Shown piece by piece: positions 9,448 to 19,800 of a stretch of 64,000 nt of DNA. A program made the translations under genes and the position numbers. Every line of letters begins with the position of its first letter. Position 1 is the stretch's first letter. The stretch spans positions 145,837 to 209,836 of the IMG/VR virus record IMGVR_UViG_3300008111_000002; one strand, written 5' to 3'. The notes under the pieces are model-generated. The model was not told where the DNA came from and searched no databases. It worked only from the letters and a program-made list of their open reading frames with translations.

Positions 9448-11037
9448 ATGAGCAAAAGTCTCGACGGGGTCTTAATCAAAAAGGCCCACAAACCTCAGCG
9501 TTACACTCTAGAAGAAATTAAACATCTAGAAGCATGTATGGATCCTATAACTGGTCCATTATACTTCTGTAAAACCTTCTTAAAAATTCAACATCCTGTT
9601 CGTGGTGCTATTGATTTTGTACCCTACGAATATCAAGAAAGATTAATAGACGCATATCATAATAACAAGCAGTGTATTGCTATGCTACCCCGCCAGATGG
9701 GTAAAACAACCTGTGCCACAGGTTACTTATTATGGTATACAATGTTTGTCCCAGAAGCACAGGTACTGATCGCTGCTCACAAGTACGAAGGTGCGCAGGA
9801 CATTATGAACCGTTATCGTTATGGTTACGAAAACTTGCCAGACTTTATCCGTGCTGGTGTGTATTCATATAATAGAAATACAATTGAATATGATAACGGT
9901 GCTCGTATACAAGCAACAACAACTACAGAAAATACCGGCCGTGGTAAATCTCTTTCGTTAATTTACTGTGATGAGTTTGCGTTTGTACAACCTCCTGAAA
10001 AAGCTAAAGAGTTTTGGACTGCACTATCGCCAACATTGTCAACAGGCGGTAAGTGTATTATTACATCAACACCAAACTCAGACGAAGATCAGTTTGCGTT
10101 AATTTGGACAGAAGCTAACAAAAAGTTTGACGAATTTGGAAATGAACAAAAGCTAGGAACTAATGGTTTTTACAGCTACTTTGCACACTGGAACGAACAC
10201 CCGGATCGCGATGACGATTGGGCAAGAGTAGAACGTGCAAAAATTGGTGACGAACGTTTTCGTAGAGAATTTGATTGCGAATTCTTAATCTTTGACGAAA
10301 CATTAATCAACGCAGTACGTCTTGCAGAAATGAAAGGTGTTGATCCTATTATGACAATGGGTCAAACACGTTGGTATAAAGATATTAATCCAAATGCTAC
10401 CTATCTAGTTGCTCTTGATCCTAGCCTAGGAACTGGTGGTGACTATGGTGCTATACAGGTATTTGAAATGCCCAGCATGGAACAGGTAGCAGAATGGCGC
10501 CATAATTTAACTCCTATTCAGCAACAGGTTAAACACCTTAGAGAAATTTGCAAATATATTCACGATCGTGGTGAGGAAAAAGGCGGAGTTCCGCAGCTAT
10601 ACTTTAGTGTTGAAAACAATACATTGGGCGAAGCTGCTCTAATAGTTATTAGAGATATTGGTGAAGAAAACTTTCATGGATTGTTTTTATCAGAACCTAT
10701 GCGTAAAGGACATGTACGCAAGTTTCGCAAGGGATTTAATACCACACACAAAACAAAAATTACAGCGTGTAGTCAACTTAAACACATGATTGAAACACAG
10801 CAAATGAAGTTAAATTCTAAACCTCTAATTTCAGAGTTAAAAACGTTTGTTGCACACGGTGTAGGGTTTGGCGCTAAAACCGGAGAACACGACGATTTAG
10901 TATCTTCAACTTTATTATGTGTGCGTATGGCCGGAGTTTTAGCTGACTGGGATCCACAAATTTACGAAAAAATGACTGAAAAAATTTCGGAAGAACAAAT
11001 GCCCATGCCATTTTATATGAGCACGGGCATATTCTAA
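9448..11037 (+). CDS. gp17: terminase large subunit
   Basis: PRQMGKTT Walker A, IYCDEFAF Walker B, ITSTPN, nuclease domain LDPSLG...HDDLV. Confidence 0.95.
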   Translation: MSKSLDGVLIKKAHKPQRYTLEEIKHLEACMDPITGPLYFCKTFLKIQHPVRGAIDFVPYEYQERLIDAYHNNKQCIAMLPRQMGKTTCATGYLLWYTMFVPEAQVLIAAHKYEGAQDIMNRYRYGYENLPDFIRAGVYSYNRNTIEYDNGARIQATTTTENTGRGKSLSLIYCDEFAFVQPPEKAKEFWTALSPTLSTGGKCIITSTPNSDEDQFALIWTEANKKFDEFGNEQKLGTNGFYSYFAHWNEHPDRDDDWARVERAKIGDERFRREFDCEFLIFDETLINAVRLAEMKGVDPIMTMGQTRWYKDINPNATYLVALDPSLGTGGDYGAIQVFEMPSMEQVAEWRHNLTPIQQQVKHLREICKYIHDRGEEKGGVPQLYFSVENNTLGEAALIVIRDIGEENFHGLFLSEPMRKGHVRKFRKGFNTTHKTKITACSQLKHMIETQQMKLNSKPLISELKTFVAHGVGFGAKTGEHDDLVSSTLLCVRMAGVLADWDPQIYEKMTEKISEEQMPMPFYMSTGIF

Positions 11038-11053
11038 ATTAACTAAATATAAT

Positions 11054-13546
11054 ATGGACTCAATGAAAAGCATTGCTACAGATTTATTTTATAAAATTCG
11101 CAGCCGTTTTACGGGTTTAAAACTTGGCGAAAGTATGGGCGCCATTACAATTAATCCCGAAGAAGCTGTGTTTTTTGATTTTGATTACATTGTTGATGAA
11201 CAGGCATTAGGTCATGTCAGCATTAGTTTAGCTGAACCAAGATCAATGAAAGTATACTTTAGCAATGGTATTACAGAAAATATGGATATCGTACAAAAAG
11301 AAAAATGGTACGATTTTTTAAGAGAATTAAGACAATTTGCAAAGCGTAGATTACTAACCTTTGATACTAGAGACGTTGCTAAAGACAATCTAGATCAAAG
11401 AGATTTTGCATTTTTAAGTCAATACAATCAAACAAAGACCGTCGGAGAATCAATTATGAGTGAAAGCAGCCTGTATGGCTCGAGAACAATTAGCTATCAA
11501 AACTTAATGGATACAAAGTTAATCATTAAACATAGTAAACCTATTCAAGATGAGCAAGTTGGTTCGAGAGCAAGAAACATTTCAGCATTATTTGTTGAAA
11601 ATCAAGACGGTGAAAGATTTAAATATCCGTTCATCCATTTAGCAGGTGCTCGTGCTATGCAACGTCATGTGGCTAACGGCGGAGTGCCGTACGATGAAAT
11701 TGGCAAGCATATTGTAGGAATGAGTGAGCAAATTGCTCAACTTAAAGGCTTTGGAAACTATGTAGTAAGAAACGATCTTTTAAATTCTGATACAAATTCA
11801 ATTTACGAAAAAAGCTCAGATGCATTAAACAGGCTACGCGAAGAACTTTCAAAATTATCAAAGCAAGCATTTTACGAACAATTTAAAACAAATTTTCAAT
11901 TACAAGATTCATTAGAAGTGCCGCAGGATGTTATAGAAGATTTTACAGAAAAATTCACTGTCAAAAATTTCAAAGAGGACATTAAGTCTGTGTTTCCAAT
12001 TTTATACAGACTTATGAAGGAAGAGTCCAAAATAGGCTATGACGACATAGTTGCTATGACAGGTAATGAAGAACTAGAAATAGAAGAAGATTTTGATTCG
12101 AATCTACTTGATCCGTTTGCCAAGTTTGAAAGTTGGGTAGCGTATCTTGGTGAAGACAGTGGAATCTTAAGTCAAGATCCAGATGAGAAAAAAATTGCAA
12201 TCAATGAACTTAACGAACTAACAACACAACATTTTCCTGCAGGCGAAAAGGGGTTAAATGCAATTAAAAGTTTAGAAGGCATAATCGAAGATCCAAGACT
12301 ATTTGCACAAATTAAAGAGGCAGCAGAACAAGACCCCGATACTTGTGTCAGGGGTCTTGTTAAAAATTGGTTAGAAGAAAATGCTCCAGATATACTAGAA
12401 GAATTAGACTTTGGCGATTTTCAAGACGAAGAGGACGTAGAAGATCCAATGCAATATGCTAACGATGCAGCAGATGCAGATGCTGTAGCATATGGACAAC
12501 GTGAAGATATTACTGCCGAAGCATCTAGTTCGGGAGATTACGAATTAGAAGTAAAAACACAAGTTTTCTTTGAAAGAGATGAAAACGGTAAGGCTGTAAT
12601 TTCTAAAATTATGTTAGGAGATACAGATATTACTGCAATTACTTCTCCAGAAGAAACCGCAGATTATATTGAAGACGGTGAAGAAAGTCCAGTAGAAGGT
12701 ATCGAATATATCAATGTTGATATTGATTATAGTGTTCACGGTGAATATCTACCTGCTACTTGGGGATATCATGGCGGATCTCCTGCAGAATATCCAGAAG
12801 TTGAAATTAATGAAATCACAGCGTTTGGTAATGGCAAATCAATAAAGATTGATTTTAATGATCTTGATGGCGATAATCAAAATTATCTACAAGAAAAAGC
12901 TGAAGAAGAAGCTTCAGAAAATGGTTCCGATGACGGCGACTATGATGATTACGATCGCTACGAATCCGTTGAAACATCAAAAGGACTAGAAGAAAAACAA
13001 TCAAATGTAAACGAATTAGCACAATTCATTTATTCATTTTATGACAAAGAGTCAGGCACATTCCCTAAAGGCCCAGAAGGCGTCTGTACTATGGTAGGCA
13101 AGAAGTTTGGTGAGCAAGCAGAAAGTCTAGCAAGACGTTTAGTAGAAAAATTAGCACCGCAGCAACAGTCATCGGTAAATCCAGATTTAGATCGAATTAA
13201 AGAATTATCAGGAATGCACCAACAAGAAGCGGCAGTTGTCGAAGGAAGTGTACATGGCTGGAACGTCGCTAAATGGTATGCAAAAACTGGCGACCAGCTA
13301 AAACTTACCAAGTGGTTGCGTAAAGAAGCAGGGTTAGATAAAAATGCACCTGTATATTTTGACGATGCTGATTTAGTATATATTGATCAAACTATTGTTC
13401 CTGAAGCTTTAGTTAACCCTAAGTTAAAGATGCAAGATCTTTTAGATGCAGTCAAACAAGCAGCCCAATCTCCGAACGAACAAGAATCGATCGAAAATGC
13501 TACTCCTGAATTAGAAAGTATCAAAAGATTAGCAGGCATGCGATAA
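11054..13546 (+). CDS. large acidic hypothetical protein (830 aa)
   Basis: Long ORF after TAAATA (11044); modular, very acidic central part. Confidence 0.7.
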   Translation: MDSMKSIATDLFYKIRSRFTGLKLGESMGAITINPEEAVFFDFDYIVDEQALGHVSISLAEPRSMKVYFSNGITENMDIVQKEKWYDFLRELRQFAKRRLLTFDTRDVAKDNLDQRDFAFLSQYNQTKTVGESIMSESSLYGSRTISYQNLMDTKLIIKHSKPIQDEQVGSRARNISALFVENQDGERFKYPFIHLAGARAMQRHVANGGVPYDEIGKHIVGMSEQIAQLKGFGNYVVRNDLLNSDTNSIYEKSSDALNRLREELSKLSKQAFYEQFKTNFQLQDSLEVPQDVIEDFTEKFTVKNFKEDIKSVFPILYRLMKEESKIGYDDIVAMTGNEELEIEEDFDSNLLDPFAKFESWVAYLGEDSGILSQDPDEKKIAINELNELTTQHFPAGEKGLNAIKSLEGIIEDPRLFAQIKEAAEQDPDTCVRGLVKNWLEENAPDILEELDFGDFQDEEDVEDPMQYANDAADADAVAYGQREDITAEASSSGDYELEVKTQVFFERDENGKAVISKIMLGDTDITAITSPEETADYIEDGEESPVEGIEYINVDIDYSVHGEYLPATWGYHGGSPAEYPEVEINEITAFGNGKSIKIDFNDLDGDNQNYLQEKAEEEASENGSDDGDYDDYDRYESVETSKGLEEKQSNVNELAQFIYSFYDKESGTFPKGPEGVCTMVGKKFGEQAESLARRLVEKLAPQQQSSVNPDLDRIKELSGMHQQEAAVVEGSVHGWNVAKWYAKTGDQLKLTKWLRKEAGLDKNAPVYFDDADLVYIDQTIVPEALVNPKLKMQDLLDAVKQAAQSPNEQESIENATPELESIKRLAGMR

Positions 13547-13564
13547 TATCATTTCCGCCTAGTT

Positions 13565-13590
13565 AAGGACTCTCCGGAGTCCTTTTCTTT
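13565..13590 (+). terminator. intrinsic terminator
   Basis: AAGGACTC-tccg-GAGTCCTT followed by TTCTTT. Confidence 0.8.
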
Positions 13591-13623
13591 TGGCAAAATT
13601 AATCAAAAAAACGTTGTTTTTTA

Positions 13624-13652
13624 TTGACATTGCTAAATAAAAAACGCATAAT
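13624..13652 (+). promoter_or_regulatory. sigma70 promoter for gp32
   Basis: TTGACA-17 bp-CATAAT, with TAAATA embedded in the spacer. Confidence 0.75.
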
Positions 13653-13707
13653 ATATATTGTGCGTAAGGCATACATTTTAAGGCAAAATAATAGGAGGCA
13701 AATTAAA

Positions 13708-14691
13708 ATGGCATCATTAGCAGAAATTCGTGCAAAACTTCAAGAAGCACAAAACAAATCTTCAGGAAACTCCACCGGCGGTGGCGACAACGCAATTTAT
13801 CCACATTGGAACATGCAAGAAGGCAAGGAAGCAGTAGTTCGCTTACTTCCAGACGGCGACAGCTCAAATACTTTCTTTTGGGTTGAACGTGCTATGATCA
13901 AATTAGAGTTCGCTGGTATCAAAGGCGAAACTGATAATAAGAAAATTCAAGTACAAGTACCTTGCGTGGAGATGTACGGTCCAAATGAAACATGCCCAAT
14001 TCTTTCAGAAGTACGTGGCTGGTTTAAGGACAAGAGTCTAGAAGAAATGGGTCGTAAGTACTGGAAAAAACGTTCATACATTTTCCAAGGCTTCGTTGTT
14101 GAAGATCCACTTAAAGAAGATAGTGTACCAGAAAATCCAATCCGTAGATTTATTATTGGTCCTCAAATTTATCAAATCATCCGCAACGGCTTGATTGATC
14201 CAGAAATCAATGAAACACCTACAGATTATCTACGTGGGTTAGATTTCCGTATTGCTAAAACCAGTAAAGGCGGCTTTGCTGATTATTCTACTAGTAAGTA
14301 TAGCCGTAGAGAACGTGCTCTTAGCGATGCAGAAAAAGCAGCAATTGATCAATATGGATTGTTTGATCTTAAGAGCTTCTTACCTAAGAAGCCAGGTGAG
14401 GTCGAACTCAAAGTAATCAAAGAAATGTTTGAAGCAAGTGTTAACGGCGAAGCATATGATCCAACTCGTTGGAGTCAATATTACAAGCCAGCTGGCATTG
14501 GCAGTGCTACTGGAGATCCAGTGGCTAAAGCAGTCAAACCTGCTTCAACAGAAGAAAGCTACGAAGAAGAACCAGCACCAGTAGCACCAGTTAAGGGTGT
14601 TAACGTAGCTGATGCTGCAAATTCTTCAGCAGAAGGTAACAGTCGTGCGCAAGATATTCTTGCCATGATTCGTAACCGTCAAAAGCAATAA
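13708..14691 (+). CDS. gp32: single-stranded DNA-binding protein
   Basis: ATG after AGGAGG (MASLAEIRAKL); VRLLP, CVEMYG...CPIL, YWKKRSYIFQG, G.DFRI.KT.KGGFADYSTS. Confidence 0.88.
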   Translation: MASLAEIRAKLQEAQNKSSGNSTGGGDNAIYPHWNMQEGKEAVVRLLPDGDSSNTFFWVERAMIKLEFAGIKGETDNKKIQVQVPCVEMYGPNETCPILSEVRGWFKDKSLEEMGRKYWKKRSYIFQGFVVEDPLKEDSVPENPIRRFIIGPQIYQIIRNGLIDPEINETPTDYLRGLDFRIAKTSKGGFADYSTSKYSRRERALSDAEKAAIDQYGLFDLKSFLPKKPGEVELKVIKEMFEASVNGEAYDPTRWSQYYKPAGIGSATGDPVAKAVKPASTEESYEEEPAPVAPVKGVNVADAANSSAEGNSRAQDILAMIRNRQKQ

Positions 14692-14703
14692 TAATAAAAT
14701 AAC

Positions 14704-14732
14704 GAGTATGGGTTCACGCCCATACTCTCTTT
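14704..14732 (+). terminator. intrinsic terminator
   Basis: GAGTATGGG-ttcacg-CCCATACTC then TCTTT. Confidence 0.7.
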
Positions 14733-14750
14733 GATTACAGGAAAACAATA

Positions 14751-14939
14751 ATGGCAAAAATAAATTTATCTAAAGTTGGCGAAAGTATCACATTCTATCG
14801 CTACGATAACGGTTTTATGATTGAAATCAGTGGCCGTAACAAAAAAGAAGAGTGGAAAACTCAAAAGATTTTGTGTAATACAGAGGACGAGTTATTGGCA
14901 CTAATTAAAGAAATAAACAGCTTGGAGTTAGATCAATAA
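14751..14939 (+). CDS. hypothetical protein
   Basis: 62 aa, coupled to uvsX (TAATG). Confidence 0.6.
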   Translation: MAKINLSKVGESITFYRYDNGFMIEISGRNKKEEWKTQKILCNTEDELLALIKEINSLELDQ

Positions 14940-16018
14940 TGGCAAAAGCATTTGATATTTCAAAATTTAGAAAATCAATTACTAAATCAATTGAAGGGCT
15001 TAGTATTGGTTTTAATGATCCCACAGATTGGATCTCAACAGGTAATTATGCTTTAAATTATCTAATCAGCGGAGATTTTCATAAAGGTGTTCCGTTAGGT
15101 AAAGTTACAGTATTTGCAGGTGAAAGTGGCGCTGGCAAATCTTATATTTGTTCGGGCAATCTTATCAAGGCAGCACAAGCACAAGGCATCTATCCAATCT
15201 TAATTGATTCAGAAAATGCTCTTGATGAAGATTGGCTAAAAGCACTTGGCGTGGATACTTCAGAAGATAAACTTCTTAAACTCAATATGGCAATGATCGA
15301 TGATGTAGCAAAGACTATTACAGAATTTGTTGCAGAGTATAAAGCAATGCCAGAAGAAACTCGTCCTAAAGTTTTGTTTGTGCTTGATTCACTTGGTATG
15401 TTGCTAACTCCCACTGATGTAAATCAGTTTGAAGCAGGTGACCTTAAAGGTGACATGGGTCGTAAGCCTAAAGCACTAACAGCACTTGTTCGTAACTGTG
15501 TCAATATGTTTGGTTCATTAAACATTGGCCTTGTAGCAACTAATCACACATACGCAAGTCAAGATATGTTTGATCCAGATGATAAAATTTCTGGTGGTCA
15601 GGGTTTTATCTATGCAAGTTCAATTGTAGTAGCAATGCGTAAATTGAAACTTAAAGAAGATGATGACGGCAACAAGATTTCGGAAGTTCGTGGAATTCGT
15701 GCTGCCTGCAAAGTAATGAAAACACGTTACGCAAAGCCTTTTGAATCAGTACAAGTGAAAATTCCTTATGAAACAGGTATGAATCCCTATAGTGGAATGG
15801 TAGACCTGGCAGAAGAAAAAGGTCTTCTAAAGAAAGAAGGTAACAGTCTTGTATATGTAACTAGCGACGGTGAAATTATCAAACAATTCCGCAAAGCGTG
15901 GGAACGCAACGAAAACAATGGTCTTGATAAAATCATGGCAGACGTTTCTAAAAACGGCGAAAATGTCTCATCTGAGATAATTAATAATGTTGAATTAGAA
16001 ACGGAGACATCTCAATGA
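14939..16018 (+). CDS. uvsX: RecA/UvsX-like recombinase
   Basis: FAGESGAGKS Walker A, IDSENALD, LDSLG, GRKPK, GGQGFIYASS. Confidence 0.93.
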   Translation: MAKAFDISKFRKSITKSIEGLSIGFNDPTDWISTGNYALNYLISGDFHKGVPLGKVTVFAGESGAGKSYICSGNLIKAAQAQGIYPILIDSENALDEDWLKALGVDTSEDKLLKLNMAMIDDVAKTITEFVAEYKAMPEETRPKVLFVLDSLGMLLTPTDVNQFEAGDLKGDMGRKPKALTALVRNCVNMFGSLNIGLVATNHTYASQDMFDPDDKISGGQGFIYASSIVVAMRKLKLKEDDDGNKISEVRGIRAACKVMKTRYAKPFESVQVKIPYETGMNPYSGMVDLAEEKGLLKKEGNSLVYVTSDGEIIKQFRKAWERNENNGLDKIMADVSKNGENVSSEIINNVELETETSQ

Positions 16019-16254
16019 AAGAAGACCTAATTGCCGATCTATGGAATGTGATTGTTGAGCACTTACCAGAAAAATCTAAAAGTATTGTTGCAACAGATTT
16101 TGTTAATACTTTATTAGATTATGGTATTAAGGATAGTACTATTGAATCTTTATTAGGAGTAGATCCCCATCTTGATCAAGCAATTGAATATGCAATTGAC
16201 GGTGAAGAAATTGAGGATTCTGAAGAAGAAGATTATTACGAAGATGAGGATTAA
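16015..16254 (+). CDS. acidic hypothetical protein
   Basis: 79 aa between uvsX and uvsY, overlapping starts/stops. Confidence 0.6.
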   Translation: MKEDLIADLWNVIVEHLPEKSKSIVATDFVNTLLDYGIKDSTIESLLGVDPHLDQAIEYAIDGEEIEDSEEEDYYEDED

Positions 16255-16709
16255 TGAACTGGTACGAAGCAGTTTCTAAAGATATCAGTAATATTCCGGA
16301 TGCAGTGGCATTTTTTGAAAAAGAATTGTTAGATGCAAAACTGGAATGTAAAATCTTTGGCAATATAGAAAAAAATAGTGCTGCAATGCCCGGTGTGGTA
16401 GAGAATCGTTTTAATCAATTACAGGAAATTGAAGGTATCCTCGAATATCTTAATATTGAATTAAGACGACTAAAAAGTCAACACTTTCGTAAATATCTTG
16501 AAAGCTATCAACGATCGTTGAGCAGTAGAGACTGTGAAAAGTTTGTAGACGGTGAGGCAGACGTTGTAGACTTTGAAAAAATTATTAACGATTTTGCATT
16601 GTTACGTAACAAATGGCTTGGTATTATTAAAGCACTTGATCAAAAGCAGTGGCACTTGACTAATATTATTAAGTTGCGTGTAGCTGGGTTAGAGGATGCC
16701 ACCTTGTGA
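16254..16709 (+). CDS. uvsY: recombination mediator UvsY-like
   Basis: Helical; FRKYLE.Y.R.LSSRD.EKFVDGEAD, KALD.KQW; position after uvsX. Confidence 0.8.
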   Translation: MNWYEAVSKDISNIPDAVAFFEKELLDAKLECKIFGNIEKNSAAMPGVVENRFNQLQEIEGILEYLNIELRRLKSQHFRKYLESYQRSLSSRDCEKFVDGEADVVDFEKIINDFALLRNKWLGIIKALDQKQWHLTNIIKLRVAGLEDATL

Positions 16710-17552
16710 ATTGTTAAACAATTCATCATGTGGAACTTCGTATGGATGGCCCTGATAAAACAGGGCTTTTTCTTGAGCACTACCGTCGTACCATTCGTCT
16801 AAATTATATTGACACCATGCAATGTGTTCATGCCACACATCTCTGTTAACTGGTTCTAACGGATCTCTCCAATTGTCTAATGTTCTTTCACATGCTATCC
16901 AAGTTGGACACGGGCCTAGACTAATAACTTTTTTTCCGTACCAAAATGCTTCAGCAGTAATTGCAGAACTATAACTGACAACTAAATCTGCCCATTCAAA
17001 ATCGCCGTCGATTCCAAACACGCCTTTAAATCCAACACTAGGATTTCCGTAATGTTGTACTCCCTTTTTACCAACCTTGTATCTAATTTTTACATTTGCA
17101 CCCCGTGATTCAAAAAATGTTTTTAATTTTTCAGACCATTGTGTAATATCAAATCCTGTGAAAATTCCTTGACTTTTTTTACTTGGAGCGATCAATACGT
17201 TTTTAATTTCTTTAACTTTCCAAGGCTGTTTTTCTAATCTAGTAGTGTTCCATCGAGAATAGGGAATTGATTTTAATTTAGTTGGTGCAAAAGAATTTAT
17301 ACTCACCCTGGCTGCTACTCTATGTTTTGAAACCCAAGATCCAAGATAAGGACGATTAATTGCTATATAGGGATTTTTTGCCGTCATCCATGGCCCAATA
17401 AATCCTATAGGATTAGCGGGCACTATTAATGGTATTCCTGGATCAGCAGTTGTTATATCATGTATATGAATTAATCTGCCGGTAAAACGTTCCCAACCTT
17501 TAATAAAAGGTTCGTCAAATTCATTAACGAGTATTTGATATTTTAATGCCAT
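16689..17552 (-). CDS. KpsS/KpsC-like (capsule-synthesis, GT-B) glycosyltransferase-like protein, paralogue 1
   Basis: ADLVVSYSSAITAEAFWYGKKVI motif shared with three other island genes; start chosen after minus-strand TAAATA at 17570-17575. Confidence 0.5.
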   Translation of the reverse strand: MALKYQILVNEFDEPFIKGWERFTGRLIHIHDITTADPGIPLIVPANPIGFIGPWMTAKNPYIAINRPYLGSWVSKHRVAARVSINSFAPTKLKSIPYSRWNTTRLEKQPWKVKEIKNVLIAPSKKSQGIFTGFDITQWSEKLKTFFESRGANVKIRYKVGKKGVQHYGNPSVGFKGVFGIDGDFEWADLVVSYSSAITAEAFWYGKKVISLGPCPTWIACERTLDNWRDPLEPVNRDVWHEHIAWCQYNLDEWYDGSAQEKALFYQGHPYEVPHDELFNNSQGGIL

Positions 17553-17602
17553 TTTTGTCCGCTCTTTAATATTTACCATTAACTGCTCTGATAAATATCA
17601 GC

Positions 17603-18295
17603 ATGAAAAACATTGTTTTAATTACTGGTGGTTTTGATCCAATACACTCCGGACACATATCATATATCAACGCGGCAAGAGAGCTCGGCGATTCGTTAAT
17701 TGTTGGAGTTAATTCTGACGAATGGCTACGTCGAAAGAAAGGGCAGAAGTTTATGCCTTGGGAAGAACGTGCAAGCATTGTAGCTAACTTATACAGTGTT
17801 AGTCGAGTGATAAATTTTGACGATAGCGATAATAGTGCTAAAGATGCTATCCGAAAAGTTAGAGCAATACATCCTAATGCTAATATTATCTTCGCCAACG
17901 GCGGAGATCGAACCAAAGAAAATATTCCAGAAATGGATCTACTTAAAGAAATGTTACACCTAGAATTTGTATTTGGTGTCGGTGGAGTAGATAAAAAAAA
18001 TTCTAGCAGTTGGATTTTACAAGAATGGAAAGCTCCCAAAACTGAACGCCCTTGGGGTTATTATCGTGTACTACACGAAAATGGCAAGGAAGTTAAAGTT
18101 AAAGAATTAACTGTGGAACCAGGACAATGCCTTAGTATGCAACGTCATCAAAACAGAGCAGAACATTGGTTTATTGCAGAAGGTACTGCAGAAATCTACA
18201 CAATTAATAGAAGCACAGATCAAGAATTAGTTGGAATTTTTCATAAACATCAAAGTTTACATATTAAAAAAGACGAATGGCATCAAGGACTGTAA
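17603..18295 (+). CDS. cytidylyltransferase-like (HxGH) domain fused to a C-terminally truncated ManC-type cupin
   Basis: GGFDPIHSGHISY, VGVNSDEWL.RKKG, FANGGDR; then ERPWGYY, LSMQRH.NRAEHW cupin that ends prematurely. Confidence 0.8.
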   Translation: MKNIVLITGGFDPIHSGHISYINAARELGDSLIVGVNSDEWLRRKKGQKFMPWEERASIVANLYSVSRVINFDDSDNSAKDAIRKVRAIHPNANIIFANGGDRTKENIPEMDLLKEMLHLEFVFGVGGVDKKNSSSWILQEWKAPKTERPWGYYRVLHENGKEVKVKELTVEPGQCLSMQRHQNRAEHWFIAEGTAEIYTINRSTDQELVGIFHKHQSLHIKKDEWHQGL

Positions 18296-18316
18296 CGAAA
18301 GTGATATAGAAAGAAA

Positions 18317-19003
18317 ATGAAAGATATAATTCCAGTTTTTATTGGTTACGATCCAAGAGAAGCAATCGCATATCATACATGTGTTAATAGTATTATTCGT
18401 AATTCGTCAAAGCCTGTAAGTATTGTTCCGGTGGCATTAAATTTATTTAAAGATTATTCTGAAACACATACTGATGGTAGTAATCATTTTATCTATACTA
18501 GATTTTTAGTTCCCTGGTTAATGGGTTGGGCTGGCCATGCAATATTCATCGATGGTGACATGATTGTACGTGGTGACATTGCCGAATTATGGGAAATGAG
18601 ACAAATGTCCTACGATGTAATGGTTGTTAAACACGATTACAAAACAAAAATGCCTGTAAAATATTTAGGAGCAAAAAATGAAGACTATCCTCGAAAAAAT
18701 TGGTCTAGTGTTATTCTGTGGAATTGTAATTCTTTTCCTAACCGGAAACTTACTCCCGAGTTTGTCCAACAATCCACCGGCAGTTTCCTCCACCGCTTCT
18801 CGTGGTTAGATGACGAACGTATAGGAGAATTACCTAAAGAGTGGAATTGGTTACCTGACGAATACGGTCCAAATCCAGATGCAAAGTTATTGCATTATAC
18901 GTTAGGAACACCCTGCTTTCATGAGTTTGCTGGTACGCCAATGGGCAATGAATGGCATAAAGAACGAATTCTAACTGAATACTGCCAACAAAGAGATATA
19001 TGA
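18317..19003 (+). CDS. GT-A glycosyltransferase (GT8-like)
   Basis: IFIDGDM DxD motif, RKNWSSVILWN, ELPKEWNWL, HYTLGTP. Confidence 0.75.
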   Translation: MKDIIPVFIGYDPREAIAYHTCVNSIIRNSSKPVSIVPVALNLFKDYSETHTDGSNHFIYTRFLVPWLMGWAGHAIFIDGDMIVRGDIAELWEMRQMSYDVMVVKHDYKTKMPVKYLGAKNEDYPRKNWSSVILWNCNSFPNRKLTPEFVQQSTGSFLHRFSWLDDERIGELPKEWNWLPDEYGPNPDAKLLHYTLGTPCFHEFAGTPMGNEWHKERILTEYCQQRDI

Positions 19004-19800
19004 GTTGGATTTTTTTAAACAACACTAAAAAATCTCAATATATAGAAATCTTTGCTAAAGGTTGCGGCAGTGAAGTAACTTCCTATGAAGATTTTGTATA
19101 CGAAAACAATACTAACCCGTTAGTAATTCGCGGTATACTTAAAGATAAATTAATTAAACGTTGCTGGGAAGATCAACGCACGTTTTATTATTTCGATACT
19201 GGGTATATTGGTAATGACGTATATAATAAAAACCCAAGTGGTTATAAATTTTGGCATAGAATAGTAAAAAATAATTTACAACACAGTGAAATTATTTCCA
19301 GGCCCGATGATCGTTGGCGTCGATTAGGGAAAGAAATAAAACCCTGGAAGACTCCTGGTAAAAGAATAATTATAGCTGCTCCTGACGAGAAACCTTGCAA
19401 GTTTTATGGAATAAATCTAGATCAATGGTTAGAAAATGTTATTAGTATGTTAAAACAATATACCGATAGACCTATTGTTATTAGACAACGACCTGCAGAT
19501 AGAATAGATCGAAAACAAAATATTCCATTAACTCAAGAGTTAGAAAATGATGCATTTGCATTGATAACATTCAATAGTGTTGCAGCAACAGAAGCAATTT
19601 TAAACGGGATTCCGGCATTTACATTAGCACCTGCTAATGCTGCAAGTCCTGTAAGTTTACAAGACTTAACCAAGATAGAAACCCCGTATTACCCTGATAA
19701 GGATAAATTATATTCATGGGTATGCCACATGGCTTATGGTCAATTTCATACTGATGAATTAAGAAACGGTACTGCTAAAAGAATTTTGGAAGAAACATGA
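19000..19800 (+). CDS. KpsS/KpsC-like glycosyltransferase-like protein, paralogue 2
   Basis: IVIRQRP, ITFNSVAATEAILNGIPAF. Confidence 0.5.
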   Translation: MSWIFLNNTKKSQYIEIFAKGCGSEVTSYEDFVYENNTNPLVIRGILKDKLIKRCWEDQRTFYYFDTGYIGNDVYNKNPSGYKFWHRIVKNNLQHSEIISRPDDRWRRLGKEIKPWKTPGKRIIIAAPDEKPCKFYGINLDQWLENVISMLKQYTDRPIVIRQRPADRIDRKQNIPLTQELENDAFALITFNSVAATEAILNGIPAFTLAPANAASPVSLQDLTKIETPYYPDKDKLYSWVCHMAYGQFHTDELRNGTAKRILEET

